Shown here one piece after another: positions 42,701-54,576 of a DNA stretch of 55,276 bases. Below the pieces are notes generated by a model. The model worked only from the letters and a program-made list of their open reading frames with translations, made no database searches and had not been told where the DNA came from. Position numbers and translations under genes: made by a program. The DNA is taken from positions 1 to 55,276 of the forward strand of contig JAHBMJ010000167.1 in assembly GCA_018398765.1 (NCBI GenBank), in the 5' to 3' direction. Position 1 is the first letter of the stretch. Each line of letters begins with the position of its first letter. Origin of the DNA: Chromera velia (taxonomy: Eukaryota).

Positions 42701-43559
42701 AGGAACCGCATACGCCATTCAAAGATAAAACCGCTGTCCCCTCAACAACACAAGCAGCACGAGGCCCTAGACGAGGCCCCCACTTCTTTCCAAAGATAAC
42801 AGGAAGCAGAAGAAAAAGAGGAAGACAGGGCTCGACGTCAAATGTCCCTCCCCAGTCCTGTTAGTTCGATTCATCCAACAAGGGCCCGGAGAGGGGACGC
42901 TCATGCTCATGCTGTCTCTTCATTCGTTTGCCGTAAGTAGAGGCAGAGGCCAGAGGAGGACAGTCCAGAAGACAGGCGGGGAGGAGTAGGTAGAGGTGGA
43001 AAGGCTCAGCAGATCTCAGCAGCAGCAGACAGTTTTCTTTTGTTCATTTATTTTCTTTTTTTGAGACTTCCTCAAATCAAGAGTAACTTTCAGATCCTCA
43101 AACTAGTCACTAAGTGGAAGCTAGATCCCAAGCTAAATTATGAGCTAGAGCCCTTCTTAAGTGGAAAATCTGAACTGAGCCCAGATTTTTCACATTGAAA
43201 ATCAATCAAAAAAAAAAAAAGAAAATCAAAAATCGATTTTAGGCAATTACTTTTTTTTTTTTTATGTGGGTGGCCTAGCTCTCTAGCTGCCTTGCATGCA
43301 TGCGGACTTGGAGAGAACGGGCGCTGACATAATTCTTCGATTCACGCACTGCGAAGAGGAGGAAAAGGCGGCAGCATGGAGAAAAAAAAGGCAGGCAGTC
43401 CTCTCTGCTTGTCCTTTTGCCCCCTCACTAGATTTCCACTCGTCAGGATCATTGCTACATGGGGCACCCTCAAGAGCAGTTAAAAGACTGGCAGGAAGAA
43501 TGAGCTTCTCCCCTCCCCTCCCTTGCGTGAGAGGAGAGGAGAGGGGAGGAGACAGGTGC

Positions 43560-43832
43560 AACGGATCTTCGCTTGTGATCCTGAGACAAAGAGAGTCAAG
43601 AAATACGAAAGAGAAAAATCTCTCGTTATGTATGAAGATCACTGTTCAAAAGAAAGGGTCCAGCAGGACTACCGGATCATTGATCTGATCAAATGGCAAA
43701 AAGAGTTCACAAAAGGAGCGGGAAAGGAAGAACGCATGCATGCATGCAAGCAAGCAAGCAAGCGGGCGAAGAAGGAAGGAAGGAAGGGAGGAAGAAAGGA
43801 AGGAAGGAAGAAAGAAAGAAAGAAAGAAAGAA

Positions 43833-43864
<32 letters not shown>

Positions 43865-43870
43865 AAAAAA

Positions 43871-43902
<32 letters not shown>

Positions 43903-43903
43903 A

Positions 43904-43939
<36 letters not shown>

Positions 43940-43945
43940 AAAAAA

Positions 43946-43977
<32 letters not shown>

Positions 43978-45915
43978 AAAAAAAAAAAATGAAAGAAAGA
44001 AAGAAAGAACGAACGAACGACGAACGAACGAACGAACGGAACGAACGAACGATCGAAAGAAGAGAAATAGAAAAAGACAAAGAGGAAAGACAGTCAGAGA
44101 CAGACAGAAAGAAAGAAACCAAGAGAGAGTCTGTATGAAGCTCATTATTCAAAAGAGAGGAGGGTGGAGCAAACGGACTACAGGATCATTGATCAGATCG
44201 CGTTGGTGAAGATGGGGAAGGAGAGAAACAGAAAGAGAAAGTGAAGAAAGAACAGGACTCCAAAGAGCCCCCCCCACTCAACCAACTACATACTTACAGG
44301 GGGGTAATTGAATTCTCAAGGAACCCCTTGTGAAACAGACGAACAGAGACATGGGACAGAATGCGCCCCTCATGCAGCATTCCTTCCTTCCTTCCTCCAT
44401 TCCCTTCTTTCTTCCTTCCCTCCTATACGAGACGCCCCTTCCCTGGAGGATCGATGGAAGAATGAGAGGGTGAGAGTCGGGGGGGACTCAGTGCAGGGGA
44501 GTAGATCGGGGGAAGAACTTGTTCATGCAAGTCTCCAACAGTTAGGCTCCGTTCAGTCGCCCCGGAAACGAAGCCTTCCGGGAGACAGGCACAAGAAAAG
44601 GTGAAGAGGGGTCGGAGGGGAAGAGGAGAAGAGAGCAAAAGAGAGAAGAGAGAGAGTTTAAATTCTACGGACCCAACGATGGTTGAAGGACTTCCGGACA
44701 GGAATCGAAACGAGGAAGTGACAGAGTCTCTATGCTTACACGTGCTGTCCTCGGTACAGAAAGAATTCTGTCTTTCGCTTTTGCCCCTTCCCACTGGTAC
44801 AGAACTGTGGTTTTTCCTTCGCTTCTGCGATTTTCACTCCTCCCACTGGAACCCAAACGCGGACAGACGGACCGGCAGAAAGAGAGACAGGACTGACGCT
44901 CTATCAGTCAGTCAGTCAAACGAAGAAAAGAGACTGCGTGCGTCGATAGAGGACAAAAAGAGGGGATGAAAAGGAAGATGGAGCGAAGGATTGTTTGTAC
45001 GCATCTTACGAGAAAAGATGGCAGGAGAGCAGAGATGTTGGGTATGGAAAAGGAGAAAAAGGGAACGATGGACAGTGATTTCCTTCATTCACAAACTCAT
45101 CATTCAATCAATATTGAAGAGCTGCTAGGTGACCTAGCAACCAGGCAGGTAGGTACCTGGGGCTACTATGAAGGAACGAGAGGAGAGGAGAGGAGAGGAG
45201 AGGAGAGAGACGGTCCGTGTGGCAGTGTTGACCTCGAGACCAAATCAGAGACGAGCTAGGAAAAGGGAAATGAGAGAATCAAAGAAACATGAGACACTAT
45301 CGGATCTATGCTGTGATCCTCTCTCTCTGTATGAAGATCATTGTTCAGGGGGGGAGGGGGGCAGCACGAGGACTACCGGATCATTATTCTGATGAGGTGA
45401 CCAAAAGAATAAGGGAAGAAGACAGGAACAGAAGAAGAAAGCGCGCATGCAAGCATGCAGGCAAGCAAGCGAGCGAACGAGCACGCAAGCGAGCGAACGA
45501 GCAAGCAAGCGAACGAACGAGCACGCAAACGAGCAAGCAAGCAAGCAAGCAAGCAAATGAAGGCAACAAGCAGGACAGAAAGAACGCAAGGAATGAAGGA
45601 AGAAGGTGAGGAAAGGAAGAAAGAAAGACAGAAACAAAGAGAGGCAAAAAGAGCGAACGGCCAGGCCGTCTGACAGGAGAGAGACAGACTGACGGACTGA
45701 CTGACAGAAATAAACCAAGAGAGAGTCCGTATGAAGATCATTGTTCAAAAGAGATGGTGCAGCAGAAGGACTACCGGATCCTTGATCTGATCCCATTGAT
45801 GAAGAGGCAGGAAAAGAGGAAATAAACGGTCGGAAGGGAAGGAAGAAAGGGAGAGAAAATGAGGGAAGAACAGGACCCAATGTCCTCCAACTCAACCAAC
45901 TATAGACAGACACAC
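43560..45915. repeat. Two paralogous ~620-740-bp modules, each carrying two copies of a ~62-bp motif
   Basis: GTATGAAGATCAYTGTTCA...GGACTACCGGATCATTGATCTGATC at about 43629-43690, 44132-44200, 45328-45393 and 45729-45792. The modules also share 'aaaccaagagagagtc' and 'actcaaccaacta' anchors. Confidence 0.8.
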
Positions 45916-48206
45916 TTCTCAATGAATCGATCATTTGTCAGACACAGACGGACACGCGGCACAGGCAGACAGAATGCGGGTTGAATTCCTTCCTTCAGGA
46001 AACGCCCCTTCCCTGCCGGAAGATGAATTGATCGATCGCTGCTCCTTCTCTTCCTCTGTGTGTGTGTGTGAGAGAGAGAAACAGAGAGAGAGATTAATAA
46101 AAGGAAGGAAAGAGGGGGGGAGATTTCCCCCGTCTCCTTTTGAAAACTCATCCTCCAAGGCATAAAGGTAAGTGCCGCACTAGACGACCTCTTCTTCCTG
46201 ACCCCCTGACCTTGCAATGAGGGAGGAAGGCCACACAGGAAGAAGCGAAGCGAAGCGGCAATGGCTTAAGAGGGCGAGACCAAGTTCGATTGGGGCGTAA
46301 ATTGGAGACGCAAAAAAGAAGAAGAGAGAAAGTATAAAAGGGACGAATTGATGATTTTTCTTTTTCTCCTTGCAAGACTCGAGAAGGAAGCCCTGACGAA
46401 GTCCCTCCACTCCACCCATCCCTCCCTTGCTCCTCGATTGGTATAGACGAACAAACGGACAGTCAAACCGTCAGAGACAAACATCCAGACAGACAGACAG
46501 ACAAGCCCTGTGCACTTTCTCTTGCCCTTCCCCTTTTTTCTCTGGCTCATCGGTCACAACAGACACCACACACACACACACACATGCACGCCAGACCGAC
46601 AGACAGGACAGACGGTCGGTCATGCAACCAGCCTGTCAGCAAACGAACGGGTTCTTGTCAAGCAACAAAGAGAGGAGAGACTGCGTCGATAGAGACAAGA
46701 GGGGGAACGAGAAGAAAGAGTCAGGAGGTGTATGTATGGGGAGAAAAGGTAAAGGATTCGTATGGAAAAGAGGAGAGACAGTAAGGTCGCGATTCTACTC
46801 GTGCACTCACTCATTCATTCGGACAGAGGGTATCCCAGTGCGTCCAGGCCGCTGGGCAAGAGCTGGATCACAGGAATCAACAACGTTAAGGGAGAGAGAC
46901 AACTTCATTTTACCAAAGGAGATGAAGGATCGTCAGTCCGAAAGAAATTGACACATGCACCTCATTTGTATTCGAGAGGTCACTTTTCTCTTTCACCTGT
47001 CCCATCTTCATTTCGTTACTTTCTATGTTGGGTTTTTGTCTTCGCCTCATTCCTTCTTCCCTCCTCTCCTCTCCTCTCCTCTCTGCTGGATGCGCTTCCC
47101 TTTTTGTGACCCAACTCTCTGTCTTGAACCCGCATGGAGGAAAGAAATTTCCTTCTTTCCTTAAAAAGACCATCCGATGTATGCACGTGCACATGCCCTC
47201 ACCCTCATGTGGTCGACCTTCCCACCCCACCTCATCATGGATGCCTTCATTCTTAATTCATTTACTCATTCATTCATTTATTTGGTCGGGTCTTCGTGAA
47301 TACTGCGTATGAATCTTTGTTTCCCTCCCTTCCCCTTTTCTTTCTTTCTTTCTTTCTTCATTCAAAAAACACATCTGTTCCACGTCGCAGCAGTGTATCG
47401 TGCAGCTTTCGGCTTTCTTGGTGTCATCCCTCATGAAGCCATGCACCGTTGTTGGTGGGCTTCTGCATGTGCCCCCCCCTTTCAGTCACTCTATAGTCGG
47501 ACAGTCACTCTTACAGACACACAGACAGTCACTCCATCGGGACAGTCACGCTTACAGACAGACAGCACGACTAGACCCCAACCAACCCCGAAAGAAGGAC
47601 ACCCACGTCAATCAATCGGGCGCATGTCCAGGGATGAAGCAAGGAGAAAAACCCTTCTCCTGTTGAAAGACTCGTCATTCAGCAAGGCAGTGCATGTCTT
47701 TAAAAAAAAGAGAAAGAGAGAGAGAGAGAGAGAAGAAACAAGGAAGGAGAGGGAAGAGTAACTAATCAAAACACGGGGAGGGGGGGAGGACTTCCTGAGA
47801 CAGGAGCACAAGAAGGAGAGAGGGCCACACTGCAGATCGATCGATCGATCGAGGAAAGATGGGCGGATTCTCTTCGTTCAATTCACCGAAACAACACAAG
47901 AGCGACCAGGAAGGGAAGAAGGTTTCTTTTCACCCGATGAGCACTTTGCCCCCTGTCGTTCTTTAGTAACGTGACGGAGTCGATGCACAGATCTGTTCGT
48001 GGATGCACGTCACTCTTTCCTCAGCCAGCCCCCTTATCCACCTTTCCTGTCTCAGCATTCAGATAGTCTCTCCTTTTGACAGGGAGGTTCCCCCTGACAA
48101 CACCCACCTCCTGCCAGTCGTTGATGTCACAGACAAAAAGATAGGGAGGCAAAACGTCTGTCGTTCAGAGAGAGAAACAGACAGACAGACAGACAGACAG
48201 GCAGGC

Positions 48207-48238
<32 letters not shown>

Positions 48239-48730
48239 GAAGACAGGCACACAAACCGACATTCAAACAGATCGGTATGCCGGTATGCCTTCTTTGTATT
48301 AAAAGGTTGTATGAACTTTTTGCCAACACAGAGAAGTCAAAACAATTCTTTCCTTTTTTTCTTTCTTTCTTTCTTTCTTCCAAAGAGAAAAACAAGATCA
48401 AGAAAATTCAGTCCACCGCTCGTTCCCTTGCCGGATCGAAAAACCGTGTGACAGTATTACAAGACAAACGATGAGGGGTGAATGAAGCTCGGCAGATTTA
48501 TTCAAACCCAAAAGCCGATCGCAACAAACAAAATCCCCCAAACAAAGAATAGTGAGTGAGGATTTTCTTTTCCCTTGCAGCTGTTCTTTCATACTGGTTG
48601 CTTGCTTGCTTGCTTGCTTGAGAGCCTGAATTCACACAACGAACCTGAACCATCTTTCTTCCTCTCTCCTCTCGCTGTCATGCAGACCCTCCAACCTGAC
48701 CACCCACCACCCCCATGCAGTCAGTCTCCT

Positions 48731-51700
48731 CTACCACAGAGACCCCCCCTCCACCCGCCGAAAAAAGGGAGGAACTCCGGAGACGCCTGCCTGAACCTGA
48801 CGGGGAACGTTTGATCCCCCCGCGGCCGCGGCCGGCGGTGCACTTGATAGAGGAGGCACCCGGGGAGAGGAGCACGGATTTCCCATCGGGGCCCCATCAC
48901 GGAGGGCACCAGCTGGATGGTCACTTCCGCTCCCTGTCAGCGCGTTTCTGCTCGTCGGATTGTTCACTTGACGAAGGACAATGGGACGAGACGGCGGAAA
49001 GAGGAAAGGATCTCCCGAGGGCTCCCACCCTCCTACCTGAAGAATGTCAGCAGGATGTTGGGGGGACAGAGGATGGGGCAGTTGATACTGCGAAGACGGT
49101 GGTGCGTTGCGCTGCTGCTGCAGGGGATCACGAGCAGAGTGTTGCTGTTGCATCTCGTGGGTGGGGGGCTGCTGTTGGAACCCAGTGCTGATCATGCCGA
49201 TGCCGATTCGACTCTGCGCCAGTGGCTCGGTGGCCGTTACCAGCGCTTGGGGGGGTAGTCGAGGCTGCTCCTGGCATTGGCGTTGGTGCTCCATTGTGGG
49301 TTGCACGTGGTAATGCTGCTGCTGTGTCTGCTGTTCCATTGGAGACGGACGGAGCACCTGGAAGCGCTGGAGCGTCTGCCGATTCGGCTGTGGCTGCGGC
49401 TGAATGTTCGGCGGGTGAAGTTCAGCCGGCAGGTGGTACTGCGGTTGGGGGTGCGCTGCTGACCTGTAGACCTCAGTCTCCGTCTCCTTGGGGGGTGCGG
49501 GCTCGATCTGGGCATGTCGTGTGTGAGAAGAAGACACCGCCTTGGAGTAATGGTGGTGGTGCGCATACTCGAGGAAAGGGGGTGAGCGGTTGCGTACGGG
49601 GTATTTAGGGGGAGGAGGAAACGGTTCATGGGGGGCGTAGACCAACGACTCCTTCCCTGCTGCTGCTGCTGCTGTGTGCGTCTGGACCTGCCGCTGCTGT
49701 TGCTGCGGGTGGGTCAGGTTTTGCTGCAGCATCACCTGGTTAGGGTGAGGGTGGGGATGATGGAGGTTTGAGCAGTGCGAACAGCGCTGGATGTCAGGAC
49801 CCATTCCTCCTCCAGATCTTCTTTGTGTGTACTCTTCTTGGTGTTGCTGCTGGTGATCCTGAAGCTGCTGATGCTGGGGCAGGGGATCTTCAGCGTGGTG
49901 CAAAGGGGGATGGTAGAAAGGAAGGAGAACAGTTGAGCGGGGAGGAGGAAAGGCGCGGGGATCAAGTGCCCCTGCCGATCTCTCTCTGTCCCTCTCACTG
50001 GCTCCTGTTTCTCTCTCCGAGACCCCTCCTCTTGACCCCATCCCAATTCTCCCATTCCCTTCTTCTGCTCCAGATGATGATGCAATCTCGGGACTAGGAT
50101 CCCCCCGCAAGTGTGCAGACCCTCCCAGAACTGACTCTCTCACTCTCATTCGACTCTGTGGGTTGATGGCGTAGGTGGTCGCAACAACCTGTGGTGTGGG
50201 CTGAAAGGGAAGCATCCCCCCCTCGGTGCTATGGTTCAGCTCCTGTCGTTCTTCAGATCTAGGTACGGGGTGGTGCTGCACATGCTGGCTTGGGTGTGAC
50301 TGGTATATCTGTGAAGTTCCGTATGTGCTCTGACTGTGGAAGGGGAAGGACTCCGTCTCTCGGACGGGGGGCACTTGGAACTGTGGGGGACGATCCTGCG
50401 GCGGCGGGAAGGCCTGATGAAGGTCCCTCTCCCCCCCTACCACCTGAGTTGGCATCATCGGGGCAATATGAGTGGTGTCACCCCGAGGAGGCACCATCGT
50501 CGAGGCAGGGGGAGGGGGGGGCAACGGGTGCACCAGGTAGGGGTCTGGATCGGCGTCTGACTGCGACTGCGGCGGCGTCTCCAGATCAGATCCCGAACCC
50601 AACAGAAGGGCCGACCCCTCCTCGATTGGAGAAAATCCGGGGGGCGGCTGGCACACTGCGGCAGTAGCCGCAGTCGCAGTCGCACTGACAGCGGCATGCG
50701 GCTGCTGCACTTCGGACGTCGCCGTGAGTTCCGAGTAGCCCCCCACCTCTTCGCATGTCGACTCTAGGCACGTGGCAGTGGCGCGCGGCCCATTAGCACA
50801 GGCAGAGGGAGCACATCCCCCCGGGCCGAAAACATCCAATCCCCCGCCCGGAGTCGTGCCTTCCGAAGGCGTATCCTTGGACTTGGAGGAGGAGGTTGCA
50901 GTGTTCTGCATGAAGAGATTGATATGAAGACAGTAGAGATGTGAGAATTACTCCATTTTCATCAGTACGGACCGTTCAGGATGGGATGCCGTGTCTTGAG
51001 AAAAAGGGTTCTCGTGAAGCGACGAAAGCAGCAAGAGGAAGAGAGCTGGGAGAAAAGGGGAGAAGGCAAGAGGGGAAGAAGACAAAAGACAGCGGACAGG
51101 AGATGCAGAAAAAACATCTTCCGTACCTGCGTCTGCGTCTTCACTGTCTGCCCACAGGTCCCGCGGAAGCGACGCCTCTCTGCGTCTGCGTCGAGGGCCC
51201 TGAGGGCCGCGATGAAGAAACACTGCTCTCCTTCCTTTACAGTCAATCTCAGCCTCTTCTTGCTGCTCCCTGCACCCACTTCCAAGTCATGGAACATTTG
51301 CAGGGCACGAAGGGTCGACAGGTGGTTGTGATAAGCGACAAAACCAAACCCCCTCGAAATCCCCCTGCGCGAGTCCTTGATGATTCTGCACCTTCGCACC
51401 TTCCCACATGTCCGGAAGTGGTAGAGCAAGGCTGGTCGATCCCAAGTCAGAGGGATATTGTAGAGGAACAGATTCGCTCCCAATGGACCGAAGCGGCCAG
51501 TGGGAAGGGAGACACCCGGAGGAAGATGTAAAATGGAGTCTTCCTCGACCTTCCCCAGCTCCGAACAGACCTTCAAGGCCTGCATCTCGAAGCTGACTGC
51601 GCCCTCCTCTGTCAAGGCCGCCTTCTTCATTGTCTCAAGGATCTCTTCAGGCTGAACGTCTAGTTCACCGTTCTGGTTCATGCAGATCGTACACTCACAG

Positions 51701-52140
51701 AGACCTGCACTTCTTCCATCACCCCCATCCTGGTCATCTGCAGTCATATCTACAGAAAGGTTCCGCGTGGGATCAAACGCGCCCACTTGGCGAATCACAG
51801 AATCCTTTCCGGCGGCTTCATGCTCATGCATGCGTGTGGTTGGGTTTGGATCCCCTGATCCCATCCGTCTGTTGTGCAATCGTGACGCCGAGCGTGCACA
51901 TGCATATGCATTTAAAAAGCCAGAAGCAAACCCTGTCTGTCTCCACACTTCATCCATGAACCAATGTAGCTGCCGCGGCGGAACGGTCAGATCGAGGATC
52001 GAAGTGAACTGATCCTCCTCTTCTTTCTGTGGTATTCTGTGGTGCAGAAAGCGATTCGCGTGCGCATGCATAAGGCCCCGGAAAGTTCTCGCAGGACTTT
52101 GGCCCGGAATGCGTGAAAGCTGGCTGCGCCCAGTCTGCAT
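48731..52140 (-). CDS. RNA-binding protein with a single CELF/Bruno RRM3-type RRM and a long Gln/Pro/His-rich tail
   Basis: Exon 52140-51127 (CAG|gtacgg) joins exon 50905-48731 (tgcag|AAC) in phase 0. RRM: GPLGANLFLYNIP...RGFGFVAYHNHLSTLRALQMFHDLEVG...KRLRLTVK, with RNP2 and RNP1. The true start codon and last exon are uncertain. Confidence 0.88.
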
Positions 52141-52490
52141 GGCATGCTCAGTCTGACTCAGTCTTGACTCATGTCTGACTCGGTCGACTGTTTCTGGCTC
52201 CTATGTATCGCCTCAGTGGCAAGATGGACTTGCAGGCAGTGACCAATTCAAGTAGTAAAGATAAGGGTCCATGGTCCCTCCAACAGTTGCGCAGTGGCAG
52301 GATGCACCTGCACCAAAGGAGTAAAGAGAGTCTCCGTCGCGCTCGGAGAAGGTTGTCTTTCCGTCTCTGCTTCTCGTTTCGTCCCTTCGAGGGACTGCCA
52401 ACCGTAGGGGCCGCAGAGAGCCAAGAGAAACAAAGAACAAGGCTCCTATCTCTTTGGAAAACACGAACAGGGCGTCACACAAAGACTGCA

Positions 52491-53188
52491 ATGAGTTTCG
52501 AGGCAGGTCAGGGCGCTTGCACGCATTGCAATTTGTGTGGAGTCGTGTGGTGCGGGGAATTGCGAACCCGTTGCATGCGATATCGCCCATACTCCCCCCC
52601 CCTGTGCTTCCTCCCTTGCTTCCGTGATGCTGCAGGACCTCCTCCGATGCTTGCGCGGCTGGTGGTTGGAGGTGTCGCCACTGACGGTCAAGTGACGCTG
52701 GTGACAGAGGACTACCAGAAGTTCGAGATGCCCTCGGGGCTGCTCCCAGGTAGAGAAAGAGATATGTCTATGGATGGCTTCGGCGGGAGCGTGGGAGTGC
52801 AGGCTAGACTTGGAGAAAGTGCAAGCCAATACTTTGCCCCCGCAGCCCAAAACCTGCCTGCAGCTTGTTTCCGAAACGACCTCCTCGCTGATTGATGTCC
52901 CTGTGCATTTATCTACCACCAGAGTTCTGCGGCAAGAGTCTATGAATCTTGTGTATCCACACTTTCTTTCAAAGCTTCTCAGTGCCTGAAAGGAGACGCG
53001 CAACTGGTGATTGACTGGTGCTTCGCTGCATGCAGATGGTGTCACGGTGGGAAACGTTCTTGAGATGGCGGTTCTGCACTCGCAGCAGAGGGAGTGCGAG
53101 AGAGACGCAGAGGTTCAGCGGGTGAGTGGCTGCATGGTTGGGTGTTTACATGGGTGAGTGAATGACTCAGTGAGCTTAGCGCGCGCGC

Positions 53189-53219
<31 letters not shown>

Positions 53220-53786
53220 TAAATGAAAGAATGTGACCTAGCCGTCGAAGGACTGTCTGAACTAATCAGTGCTGAACATTCATCAGTGAGCCCAAAATGA
53301 ATGGCTCTTTGGGAGACGGAGAGAATGAATCACGTGGGTGGGTACCCGTGTTCCTGCAGTCATTCTAACACGAAATGACCTGCAAAGTCACTGAATGTGT
53401 CCGTCTGCGTCTCTCTGTTTGTTTGGTCATTTTCGAACCCTCCAGCCAGCCATCCAGCCTAGGAGAGTAGAACGAGAAACTCAAATAATAAGACGGGGCG
53501 TGATCATTCTATTCCTACGTAAGCAAGCTGGTACGGTCCCGGGAGTCAGCAAACGAGTGGTGGGTGCAGAGAAGCTGGTGAAAGTACAGCAGAGGTCGGA
53601 GAATGAAGGAAACGACGAAGGACAATCAGGTGGACATCGACTGATCTTCAGCTGCTTGCAACGCCCTCTTTTCCGTGCTTGACTGCTTCTGTCCTGTCAT
53701 TCCTTCCGTGTGTCACAATAGGCCCCTTGCCGTGCTGGAGGGCCCTTGGTAATTTCTTTCTAGGGTTTTCCATTCCTGTCATGTCT

Positions 53787-53837
<51 letters not shown>

Positions 53838-54219
53838 AACTTCGCAGTTGCAAGAAGACATTGTCCGGATGTTCCCTGCTTTGCACATTCCCCCCTCTGG
53901 CCACCTACCCTCGTCCCGGGGTCCCTCTCCTGTCCCGTCTCACGTGGGAGGACTCACTCACCGTGATGACCCTCCCGGAACTTCAGGAGCTTTTGGTTCG
54001 ACCTATTCGACCCAGCATCTCATGCAGCATCTAAACAGAGGGGGGGAGAGGGAAGCAGCCAGAGAAGGGGGGGGGGCAGGAGGAAGCAGGCTCCCCCCAT
54101 CTGCAGGGGGAAGTTCGAGGAGGCCCCGCCCCTCTCCTTCCGGTTCTCGCACGCTTTCCGTTGCGGCAGCTGCGGTCCCGCGGTTTCCCGTTCTCGGGGG
54201 ACCTGGAGGGGGTGACTGA
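52491..54219 (+). CDS. 195-aa protein with an N-terminal Chs5-N/DUF3006-like domain and a disordered tail
   Basis: Exons 52491-52506, 52636-52749, 53036-53121 and 53848-54219 are all GT-AG and phase-consistent. Spliced domain: RLVVGGVATDGQVTLVTEDYQKFEMPSGLLPDGVTVGNVLEMAVLHSQQRECERDAEVQRLQEDIVRMF. Confidence 0.8.
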
Positions 54220-54576
54220 GTTTCTGAATTGAATCTAATATTGAACACAGCCATACGGCAATCAGCCTAGCACGATAATGGCCTTAGCAATCGGCAGACA
54301 CCCATAGTAAAACAGCGATTCGATGCGCTGCATGCGTGCGTCGACAGCTAGGCGAACAAAGTATTTCAATTTTTATATTTTATACTAGATTTTATAGCAT
54401 TTTTGTTAGTAAACAAAATTAAGATCGAGACGTAACATTTACTAGAACATTTAAGGTCAGATTCAAGATCAGAGAGCTACTACTAAGTGAGAGAATTAAA
54501 ATTTGAGGTCTTAAATAATAAGACTTAAATAAGTTAATTAAATTCAATTGCCTGTATCATAGACCGATTAATAATA

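Noticed and set aside
43283..48150. Scattered minus-strand exon-like blocks (e.g. TVLYQWEGAKAK near 44800, superficially gelsolin-like)
   Set aside because: No phase-consistent gene model could be built, and the motif is too short to name.
52446..53045. 199-aa minus-strand ORF, and the plus-strand antisense ORFs over the RRM and PUB genes
   Set aside because: Shadow frames of better-supported spliced genes on the opposite strand.
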